Assembly (NCBI GenBank): GCA_963766735.1
Contig: CAVYBU010000030.1
Location: 1 to 64,000 of the forward strand
Origin: an uncultured Chloroflexia bacterium
GTDB lineage: Bacteria; Chloroflexota; Limnocylindria; Limnocylindrales; CSP1-4
DNA length: 64,000 nucleotides
Direction: 5' to 3'
A program made the position numbers and the translations under genes. The number at the start of each line of letters is the position of its first letter. Position 1 is the first letter of the stretch. The notes under the pieces are model-generated. The model was given only the letters and a program-made list of their open reading frames with translations. It made no database searches and was not told the DNA's origin. Of the stretch, positions 39,870 to 48,502 are shown piece after piece.

Positions 39870-40804
39870 GGGTTCTCGTCACCGGCGGCGCGGGGTTCAT
39901 CGGTTCGAGGGTTGCCGCGGCGTCGGTGGCGGCCGGGAACGAGGTCATCGTCGTCGACGACCTGTCCACCGGCTCTCGTGCCGCCGTGCCGGCGGGTGCC
40001 CAGTTCCTGGTCGCCGATGTTGCCGATCCGGCGATCGCCGATCTCGTCCGGGATCTCCGCCCGACGGTCGTCATCCATGCGGCGGCGCAGGTCAGTGTCG
40101 TCCGCTCGGTGCGCGACCCGGGCAGGGACGCGGATGTGAACGTGGGCGGGACGCGCAATGTTGTCGACGGAGCCGTCCGGGCCGAGGCGCGCCGCATCGT
40201 GTTCTTCTCGAGCGGCGGGGCAATCTACGGCGAGACGACAGGGGCGACAGAGTCCGACCCGGCCCTGCCGAAGAGCCCATATGGGAGGAACAAGCTCCTC
40301 GCGGAGGGGGTGGTCGCCGGTTCCGGGATCGGTTTCGGGATCGCCCGGCTGTCGAATGTCTACGGGCCGGGGCAGCGCAGTGATCTTGAGGGCGGAGTGG
40401 TCGCCATCTTCACCGATGCGGTTGCCGCCGGGATGCCGGTCACGATCTACGGCGACGGGCAGCAGCGCCGAGACCTGATCCACGTTGATGACGTTACCGA
40501 TGCAGTGCTCCGGATTTCGACCTCGGACCTGTCGGGAACCTGGAACGTTGCCACGGGCTGCGCCTGGTCGGTCGTCGAGGTCCTGGAGAAGATCGAGGCG
40601 CGCATCGGACGCAGCGTTGCCCGGTCCTGGGCTCCCGCGCGGGAGGGCGACATCCGCGATTCCTGCCTTCGGATCGACCAGATCGCGCGAGACCTTGACT
40701 GGCGACCGAGCCTCGACCTCGATGGCGGGCTGGATCGCACCGTCGCCGCGACACGCGAGGCGGGCCGGCAGCACGACCGCCCTGGTAGCGAGACAAGCCC
40801 GTAG
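39866..40804 (+). CDS. NAD-dependent sugar epimerase/dehydratase (GalE-like)
   Basis: VTGGAGFIGS, SSGGAIYG, YGRNK, NVYGPGQ, GDGQQRRD.IHV.D. Confidence 0.9.
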   Translation: MRVLVTGGAGFIGSRVAAASVAAGNEVIVVDDLSTGSRAAVPAGAQFLVADVADPAIADLVRDLRPTVVIHAAAQVSVVRSVRDPGRDADVNVGGTRNVVDGAVRAEARRIVFFSSGGAIYGETTGATESDPALPKSPYGRNKLLAEGVVAGSGIGFGIARLSNVYGPGQRSDLEGGVVAIFTDAVAAGMPVTIYGDGQQRRDLIHVDDVTDAVLRISTSDLSGTWNVATGCAWSVVEVLEKIEARIGRSVARSWAPAREGDIRDSCLRIDQIARDLDWRPSLDLDGGLDRTVAATREAGRQHDRPGSETSP

Positions 40805-40859
40805 GCCGCCTGGGTCGGCGTCTATCGTGGCGGCACCGAACGTGATCGCATGGTCGCTG

Positions 40860-40982
40860 TCGGGCACCGGCTGGTTCTACGACGCGGACGGCAAGGAGAT
40901 CACCCTGGTCCGCGGCCCGATCTTCATCCAGGTCGTCCCGACGGGCGCCAAGGTCACCTACGACGCCAAGACCCTGGACTGA
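40860..40982 (+). pseudogene. Orphan 3' remnant resembling the C-terminus of a DUF3048/YerB-like protein
   Basis: FYDADGKEITLVRGPIFIQVVP with strong coding bias but no 5' part. Confidence 0.5.
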
Positions 40983-41145
40983 GGCTGGCGACGGCCATCC
41001 AGGCCTCGCTCCGGACCGCACTGCGACGGCGCCGCGCCGCCCTCGCGACGGCGCGGCGAGGGCGCGGCGACGGGCGTACGACAACCCCGCCGCCGGGTAC
41101 TTTCGATTGGTGCCCGGCGGCGCCGCCGGGTGACAGCATGGCGCC

Positions 41146-43024
41146 GTGAAGCGCCATCGTCTCGAACCAGGATCGCCCTCCGTCCCGCCGTCACCTCCGA
41201 CGTCGCACCGGCAGGCTTCATATCGCCGCGTTCGTCGTCGGGCTGATCGTGCTCACCTTCGGCCTGGCCGGCTGGGCCCTCAAGGGGGGCCCGTCGTCGG
41301 TCGAGGAGATGATCCTCGCCATCGACCTCACGATCGGCGGCACGATCCTGCTGACCGGAGCCATGGTCGGACGGGCGCGGGCCGCCGAGGGTCGCCGGGA
41401 CGCACAGTTGCGGGTGCTCCAGCTCGCCGCCAGGCGGATGAGCGCCAGCCTCACCCCGGAGGCGGTCGGCCGCGCCGTCGTCGAGGAGATGCGCTCGATC
41501 ATCGACTACCACAACGCGCGGGTCTACCTCCTGGAGCCACCGGACGACCTGGTGCCGATCGCGTTCGAGGGCCGGGTGGGTGCCTACGAGAAGGTGGACC
41601 TCGAGATCCTGAGGACCAGGGTCGGCGACGGCTTCACCGGCTGGGTTGCGCAGCACGGGTCCGCGATCCGGGTGGACGACGCCACGAGCGACCCGCGGGG
41701 CAGGACGATCCCCGGCACGGACGACGTGGACGAGTCGATGCTCGTGGTCCCCATGCAGCACGACGAGGGGCTGGTGGGCGTCGTGACGCTTTCCAAGCTT
41801 GGCCTCCGCCAGTTCGACGACGACGATCTCCGCCTCCTCTCGATCATGGCCGACCAGGCCGCCACGGCCTTCACCGGCGCGGCGCACCTGGCGCAGACGA
41901 AGCTCCTGGCCTCCGAGCTGCGCCAGCTGCTGGACATGAGCAGCGCCCTGTCGCAGTCACTCGATCCCCGCGACGTGGCGGTGCTGATGGCCAAGCACCT
42001 GGCGAGGGCGGTCGGCGCGGAGCAGGCCCTGATCAGCGACTGGGACCACGCGAACGACCGGCTCCGGACGCTGGGCTGCTACCCGGAAGCCGTGCGCCCG
42101 GAGATCGCCGACTTCTACGCCCTCGCCGACTACCCGTTGAGCCGGCGCGTCCTCAACGAAGGCGTGATCGCGGTCCTGGACGCCGAGGATCCAGATGCGG
42201 ACCCGGCCGAGGCCGCCCTGCTGCGGGCCGAGGGGATGCGCGGCCTGGTCATGTTGCCCCTGATCGCGAAGGGCGAGGCCATCGGCCTGGTGGAGCTGAC
42301 CGGGTGCTCGCGGCCCACCAGCGATCCCGGCCAGATCACCCTCGCCCGCACGATGGCGCAAGAGGCGGCGATGGCCCTCGACAACGCGCGCATGTACGAG
42401 ACGGCACGCGACCTGGCCGACCGCGATCCTCTGACGGGGTTCTTCAACCACCGCTACCTGCACGAGCGACTGTCCGATGAGATCGTCCGCGCTGTCCGGT
42501 ACCGGCGGCCGCTCAGTGTCCTGATGCTCGACCTCGACGACTTCAAGCTGGTCAACGACACGTTCGGTCACGTATACGGGGATCGCGTGCTGGTGCACGT
42601 GGCGGAGCTTGTGCGATCCATGCTCCGTGGCTCGGATGTGGCCACCCGGTACGGCGGCGACGAGTTCGCGGTGATCCTCCCCGAGACCGGGCGCGACGAT
42701 GCGGCGCGGGCGGCGGAGCGCATCCTGGACGCCTTCCGGGCGTCGCCGTTCGCGGCCGAGGGTCGCCGAGCTTTCCCGGTGGGGGCGTCGATCGGCATCT
42801 CCACGCACCCGTTCGACGGGCGGACCGCCACGGACCTGATCGCCGTTGCGGACCTGGGCCTGTACGCCGCGAAGGACGCGGGTGGCGGGGTCGCCCTCCC
42901 GGGTGACGAGGCGCTGGCGCGGGCGGCGGATGAAAGTCCAACGAGGGTCGCGCCTCCACGACGGCGCCTGCCCGCGGACGTCGAGGCCCTCCTGGCGAGT
43001 GCGGTGGGGTCCGGAGAGGCCTGA
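41146..43024 (+). CDS. Membrane-anchored diguanylate cyclase, 2xGAF-GGDEF
   Basis: Two TM helices, two GAF domains, DPLTG, DLDDFK, RGSD I-site, GGDEF; probable extra base just after GTG 41146. Confidence 0.88.
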
Positions 43025-43145
43025 CCTGGTACGGAAGTACCGGGGCCCGTTTGGCCATCAGTACCAGGTATCGCGCTTGTCCCGTGGCCGGTCGCGGACC
43101 ATCCTGTTGCCCAGGGTGATGATCAGGGGACGCGCACTGGGTGAC

Positions 43146-44549
43146 ATGAGGCCGCGCGGCGATGTGCGGGGCCTGACCCGGCGTCCCTTCGGCCCCGCAT
43201 TCGCTGCCCTCGCCGTGGTCGAGTTGGCGTACTTCCTCGTCGCGCCCACCCCCGTGGGCATCCTCATCCTCGCCCTGGTCGGGCTCCTGGGCATCGCGGC
43301 CGCCCGCGAGCGGCAGGGGGTCGCCGGCTCAGCGGCAAGCCGCCGGATCGAGGCTGAGTCCTACTCCCGCATCCTGCGCGGCCTCGCCCGCTCCGTGTCG
43401 CCGGACGCCATCGTGGACGCCATCGTGGAGGAGCTTGGGAACGGCACCGGCGCGGATCACGTGGTCGTCGTGCGTCGCCGGCCGGAGACGCGCAACCTCG
43501 AGGCGATCATGTCGTCCACGCGCCCCGGCGCCCCTGCGTCGCGCACCTCCCTGCCGCTCAGCGTGCTGGAGGACCCGGCAGAGGGTGCTGCGATGGCCCG
43601 GCTCGCCATTGCCGTTTCGCGCGGACGACGCTTGACCGCCGTCCGGATCCAGCCCGACCCGGGGGGTGACCCGCTGCTGGTGCCGCTCGGGATCGCCGCT
43701 GACCGACTCGGCACACCTTCCGGCGCAGGCCTGGCGCCAGACGCGGACGGCGGCGGCGTTGCGACGGCCGTGGCGCCGGCCGCGTCGCGGGTCCGGGCGC
43801 GTCGCCCGGGGCAGGCGATCCCGTCCGGCGAGGGTGCCGACCAGCGCATCGCGGATCGCATCGCGGAACGCCTGCGTGACATCTATGGGCTGCGCAATCT
43901 CGCCGCGGCCCCGCTCCGCGTCGACGGCAAGGTCGAGGGGGCCATCGTGCTGTCGCGTCGGACGGGTTCCTGGCCTGACAGCGCGCGCCGGATCCTGGAG
44001 GCCGCCGCGGTCGAGGCCTCGGCGGCGCTCGCACGCGTCTATTCGCTCCGGGATGCGGAGGCGCGCGCCACGACCGATGCGCTCACCGGACTGCCGAACC
44101 GCCGCTACTTCGACGAGTACCTGGGCCTGCTCGCCCGCCGCCGCCGCGCCGACGACCGCGTGGGCGTGCTGATGGTCGACATCGACTGGTTCAAGAAGCT
44201 CAACGACACGTTCGGGCATGCGGTGGGGGATCACGTCCTGCGCGAGGTTGCCCAGGCCGTCGCCGGTGCCGTGCGGGAGGGCGACGTCCCGGCCCGCTTC
44301 GGGGGCGAGGAGTTCGCGGTGCTGTTGCGGAACCCGGGTCCGGTGATCGCGGTCGAGGTGGGGGAGCGCGTCCGACGTGCGGTGGGCAGCCTTGACCTGC
44401 GCCGGATGGGCGTGCCGGGGGTGAGCGTCTCCGTGGGCGTCGCAGTGGCCGACTCACCGGACACGGACCTGGGCGTGGTGATCGACGAGGCGGACCGGGC
44501 CCTGTATCGCGCCAAGCGCGCGGGGCGCAACCGGGTCGTGGCCGCGTAG
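43146..44549 (+). CDS. Diguanylate cyclase (TM, split GAF-like region, GGEEF)
   Basis: DALTGLPNRR, DIDWFK, REGD I-site, GGEEF, ALYRAK..GRNR; start uncertain. Confidence 0.88.
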   Translation: MRPRGDVRGLTRRPFGPAFAALAVVELAYFLVAPTPVGILILALVGLLGIAAARERQGVAGSAASRRIEAESYSRILRGLARSVSPDAIVDAIVEELGNGTGADHVVVVRRRPETRNLEAIMSSTRPGAPASRTSLPLSVLEDPAEGAAMARLAIAVSRGRRLTAVRIQPDPGGDPLLVPLGIAADRLGTPSGAGLAPDADGGGVATAVAPAASRVRARRPGQAIPSGEGADQRIADRIAERLRDIYGLRNLAAAPLRVDGKVEGAIVLSRRTGSWPDSARRILEAAAVEASAALARVYSLRDAEARATTDALTGLPNRRYFDEYLGLLARRRRADDRVGVLMVDIDWFKKLNDTFGHAVGDHVLREVAQAVAGAVREGDVPARFGGEEFAVLLRNPGPVIAVEVGERVRRAVGSLDLRRMGVPGVSVSVGVAVADSPDTDLGVVIDEADRALYRAKRAGRNRVVAA

Positions 44550-44589
44550 GGTCCGGTCCGGCGCCGGGTTCGCCCGTACCATGCGAGGC

Positions 44590-46398
44590 GTGACGGCCAC
44601 CAACGACGACCTGGCGCGGGTCTTCCACGAGATCGGCGACATCCTCGAGGTCAAGGGCGAGATCCCGTTCAAGACCATCGCGTACCACCGCGCGGCGGAC
44701 GCGATCGCGAAGGCGCCGTTCGACGTCGCGTCCGCCTACGCCGCAGGCGACCGCCGCCCGATCGCGGGCGTGGGCAAGGCGATCGGCGACAAGATCGCGG
44801 AGATGGCGACCACCGGCCAGATCGCCCTCCATGAGCGCCTCCGGGCGGAGATCCCGCCGAGCGTCGTGGACCTGCTGCGCATCCCGGGCGTCGGGCCCAA
44901 GACGGTGCGCCTGGTCTGGGAGGGCCTGGGTGTCGAGAGCATGGACGACCTGCGACGCGCCGCGGAGGCCGGCCACCTGCGCGGCCTGCGGGGCATCTCC
45001 GCCGGCACGGAGCAGCGGATCCTCGAGGGCATCACCCTTCTCGCATCGCGCCCGCAGCGCATGCTGCTCGACCGGGCGCAGGCCATCTCTGACGCGCTGG
45101 CCGCACAGCTGGCGGACACCCCGGGCGTCGCGCGGATCGTCCAGGCGGGGTCGCTGCGTCGTCGCCGGGAGACGGTCGGCGACCTGGACCTGCTCGTGGA
45201 GACGGACGCGCCGGAGGCGGTCATCGACCGCTTCGTCCACCTCCCGGCCGTCGAAGGCGTCCTCGGCGCGGGTAGGGCGAAGGCCGCCGTGCGCCTGGCG
45301 GGCGGCCCGCAGGTGGACCTGATGGTGATGCCCCGCGGCGAGGCCGGCACCTACCTCGTCCACTTCACGGGCTCGGCGGCCCACAACGTCCGCCTCCGGG
45401 GCATCGCCCGCGACCGCGGCTGGAGCCTGTCCGAGAAGGGCTTCCTGCGCCTCGACGCCGAGGGCGAGCCCGCGACCGGCGATGCCGCCGAGCTCCGGAC
45501 GTTCGAGGACGAGGCGGGCGTCTACGGGTTCCTCGGGCTGCCGTTCATCGAGCCCGAGCTGCGCGAGGACGCGGGCGAGGTGGAGGCGGGGTATGCGGGC
45601 GGGCTGCCGTCGCTGATCGCACTCGCGGACCTGCGCGGGGACCTGCACAGCCACTCCGAGTGGAGTGACGGCGTCCACGCGATCGAGGTCATGGCCGAGG
45701 CCGCCCGCCGTCGCGGCTATGCGTACCAGGTGCTGACCGACCACTCGCGGAGCCTGGGGATCGCTCACGGCCTGGAGCCCGCGCGGGTGGAGCTCCAGCG
45801 CGGGATCATCGCGGCGCTCAATGCCCGGTTCAGGGCGGAGGAGGCGGCCGGGACGCTGCCGGCCGGCGCGAGCCCCGGCGGCTTCCGTCTGCTCCACGGC
45901 TGCGAGCTGGAGGTCCGCGCCGACGGCCGCCTCGACTACGAGGATGACCTGCTGGCGCGCTTCGACCTGGTCGTGGCCTCCGTGCACGTGGCACGCCGCC
46001 AGCCCCGGGCGGAGCTGACCCGCCGGACGCTCAACGCCATCCAGAGTCCGCACGTGGACGTCATCGCCCATCCGGCCGGCCGGATGATCCAGGACCGCGA
46101 CGACCTGGACCTGGACTGGGACGCGGTCTTCGAGGCGGCGGCGGCGACCGGGACGGCGCTGGAGATCAACGGGTCCCCACACCGCCTGGACCTGGCCCCG
46201 GCGCGGGCCCGGCGGGCGGTGGAGGCGGGTTGCCTGCTCTCGATCGACTCGGACGCGCATCGGACCGAGGAGCTGGCCTATGTCCGCTGGGGCGTTGACC
46301 AGGCCCGGCGCGCGTGGGTGGAACCGCGGCACGTGGTGAACACGCGGAGCCTGGACGACCTGCTGGCCTGGGTGGCGGCCAAGCCCTCCCGGGTCTGA
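44590..46398 (+). CDS. polX: DNA polymerase X with PHP exonuclease domain
   Basis: HhH GVGK/GVGPK, GSLRR..ETVGDLD, HFTGS..HN, DLHSH, TDHS, DSDAH. Confidence 0.95.
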   Translation: MTATNDDLARVFHEIGDILEVKGEIPFKTIAYHRAADAIAKAPFDVASAYAAGDRRPIAGVGKAIGDKIAEMATTGQIALHERLRAEIPPSVVDLLRIPGVGPKTVRLVWEGLGVESMDDLRRAAEAGHLRGLRGISAGTEQRILEGITLLASRPQRMLLDRAQAISDALAAQLADTPGVARIVQAGSLRRRRETVGDLDLLVETDAPEAVIDRFVHLPAVEGVLGAGRAKAAVRLAGGPQVDLMVMPRGEAGTYLVHFTGSAAHNVRLRGIARDRGWSLSEKGFLRLDAEGEPATGDAAELRTFEDEAGVYGFLGLPFIEPELREDAGEVEAGYAGGLPSLIALADLRGDLHSHSEWSDGVHAIEVMAEAARRRGYAYQVLTDHSRSLGIAHGLEPARVELQRGIIAALNARFRAEEAAGTLPAGASPGGFRLLHGCELEVRADGRLDYEDDLLARFDLVVASVHVARRQPRAELTRRTLNAIQSPHVDVIAHPAGRMIQDRDDLDLDWDAVFEAAAATGTALEINGSPHRLDLAPARARRAVEAGCLLSIDSDAHRTEELAYVRWGVDQARRAWVEPRHVVNTRSLDDLLAWVAAKPSRV

Positions 46399-46594
46399 CG
46401 CCCGGCCTGCCCCGTCGCGCCGCCGCCGGGGCGGCGTCCGCCGCGCGAGCCCGCTGCGTCGCGCCGTGCCGCCCTGCCGAGCCCGCACCGCCGAGCCCGC
46501 CTCGCCCGACGCCCGCCCCGCCGTCGGGGCGGCGTCGCGCCGCCCGCGCCCGCGCCCGGTCGCGTCAGCCCCCGCCGACGTACCATCGGCCGCG

Positions 46595-47419
46595 ATGCAC
46601 GCCCCCGACCCCACGTCCGCCCACGGCCGCCACGAACTCGTGCTCGTGGTGACCCTGCTCGTGGCCATGTCGCGCCTGGTCGAGCCGCTGGACGCCTTCC
46701 TGATCGCCGGCCTGCTGCCGGTCGTCATCCTGGTCGCCGGCGTCGGGATCCTTGCCGGTGACGAGTCACCGGCCCGTCCATTCGAGGCGCTCCTGGTCCC
46801 CGCGGTGCTCGCGGGCGGTGCCGTCGGGGCGATCCAGCTGGTGCCAGCGGGCTTCGGCCTTGTTCCGTACCTCGTCGTGTTCGGCTTCCTCCTGGACCGG
46901 ACGCTGCGCCTGGAGATGCGCCTGCTGGCCCAGGCAGGTGGCGCCACGGATGCGGACAGGGCCCGGGTGCTGCTTGCCGCAATCGTCGCCGCATTCGTGG
47001 CGTTCACGGGGGTCGCGGCGCTGGTGCCGGGCGGCCTGCTGGCGCCCGGCGGCTCCGCGGTGGCCGCCGGGGGGACCCTCACCGGGATCTGGCTCATCGT
47101 CCTGGCCGTCGACGACGCCCTGATCGCGTTGCTCCTCGGGTACCGCGTGGCAACCTTCCGCTACGGCACGACCAGGGACGCGGCCCGCTCGGCCGTGACC
47201 TACGCCATCGTCGTGGCCGTGGCGGCCGGGGCGATCAGCGCCATCGACCTGCCGAGTCTCCTCGGCCCCGCGGTGCTCACCCTCGTGTTCTACCTGTGGG
47301 ATGCCCTGCACGGCAGCGCGCCTGCGCGCCGGCGTGAGCCACGGTTCCTATGGGAGACGATATTGCTGGTCGCACTCGCCGCGGTCGTGGTGGCCTGGAA
47401 CGTCAGGCTCGGCGGCTGA
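46595..47419 (+). CDS. Polytopic membrane protein of unknown function
   Basis: About 8 hydrophobic segments; TACCAT 8 nt before the ATG. Confidence 0.75.
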   Translation: MHAPDPTSAHGRHELVLVVTLLVAMSRLVEPLDAFLIAGLLPVVILVAGVGILAGDESPARPFEALLVPAVLAGGAVGAIQLVPAGFGLVPYLVVFGFLLDRTLRLEMRLLAQAGGATDADRARVLLAAIVAAFVAFTGVAALVPGGLLAPGGSAVAAGGTLTGIWLIVLAVDDALIALLLGYRVATFRYGTTRDAARSAVTYAIVVAVAAGAISAIDLPSLLGPAVLTLVFYLWDALHGSAPARRREPRFLWETILLVALAAVVVAWNVRLGG

Positions 47420-47526
47420 CCACCCGCGTTTGACGGCAGCGGCGGAGGGTGTTAGAAACACGTGCCCGGGACCGTTGCTGTTTCGGCGTGTCCGCCCCGA
47501 CATGCCCTCAGGCCCGACGCCTCCCG

Positions 47527-48408
47527 ATGGACCGAAAGGAATACCTCCACGTGACCTTCCCCGAGATCGACGCCGCAGCCCAGACGCCCGCCGGCCAGAC
47601 ACGCCTGAAGCGCCAGCTCGCCGAGCAGGCCATCGCGTACGCCACGGCCGCGCGCTGGATCGAAGCGGCTGAGACGAACCGGCGCCTGCTGGAGCTCGGG
47701 CCCGATTCCGAGTCCGAGAACCGGCTCGCCAAGGCACTCTGGGAGCAGGGCGACCTCAGTGCCGCCCGGGAGCACTACCAGAAGGCGCTCGCGCTGGACC
47801 CGACCAACCGCATCGCCGAGCGCAACATCGACCGCCTGAAGGTCCTGCTCGTCGAGGCGGGCTCCAAGACGGTCGCCGCGACGCCGGGCTCCAAGGCCCC
47901 GGTCAGCATCTTCGTCGAGGAGACCGGCAAGACAGGCTTCGCGCACCTCACCAGCCTCGCCCGCCCGGCAGAGCTTGCCCAGGTCAACCCGGGCGACGCT
48001 GTGGAGCTGATCCCCGAGGCGAACCGCCTCATCGCCATCAGCAACGGCATCCGGATCGGCATCGTGGAGCCGCGCGTCGCAGCGCGCCTGCTCAAGCTCA
48101 TGGCAGACGGCAACAAGTACCTCGCCGGCGTCACCTCGCTGGGTGACCGGGACGTGCGCCTGATCATCCGCGAGGTCTTCCAGGACCCACGCAACTACGG
48201 CAAGGTCAGCTTCCCGACCGCCGCCAAGTCCACGGACCTGCGGCCGTACACGAAGGGCACGCTGGTGCGCGAGGACGAGGAACTCGAGGAGGATCTCGAG
48301 GACGACGTCGAGGACGAGGAGATCCAGAACCTCGACCGGGTCCTGCCGCCGGAGGAGACGACGGACGAGGCGTTCGTCGAGGAGACCGACGAGCTCGACG
48401 AGTCGTAG
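47527..48408 (+). CDS. TPR protein with a beta-rich (HIRAN-like) domain and acidic tail
   Basis: NRLAKALWEQG...YQKALALDPTN (TPR), FVEETGKT, IGIVEPRVAARL, D/E-rich C-terminus. Confidence 0.8.
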   Translation: MDRKEYLHVTFPEIDAAAQTPAGQTRLKRQLAEQAIAYATAARWIEAAETNRRLLELGPDSESENRLAKALWEQGDLSAAREHYQKALALDPTNRIAERNIDRLKVLLVEAGSKTVAATPGSKAPVSIFVEETGKTGFAHLTSLARPAELAQVNPGDAVELIPEANRLIAISNGIRIGIVEPRVAARLLKLMADGNKYLAGVTSLGDRDVRLIIREVFQDPRNYGKVSFPTAAKSTDLRPYTKGTLVREDEELEEDLEDDVEDEEIQNLDRVLPPEETTDEAFVEETDELDES

Positions 48409-48502
48409 GGGCGGCCACGGTCGTCCGCGCCACGCCGGCGGTGCGCGGCGCCGCCCGAGTGCGTGCCTGACCGCTGCGCGGAGGTCTGCGACAATCCCGC
48501 CC

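Noticed and set aside
46399-46590. Extremely GC-rich spacer with short direct repeats as an ncRNA or mobile element
   Set aside because: Low complexity, no terminal repeats, and no second copy in the window.
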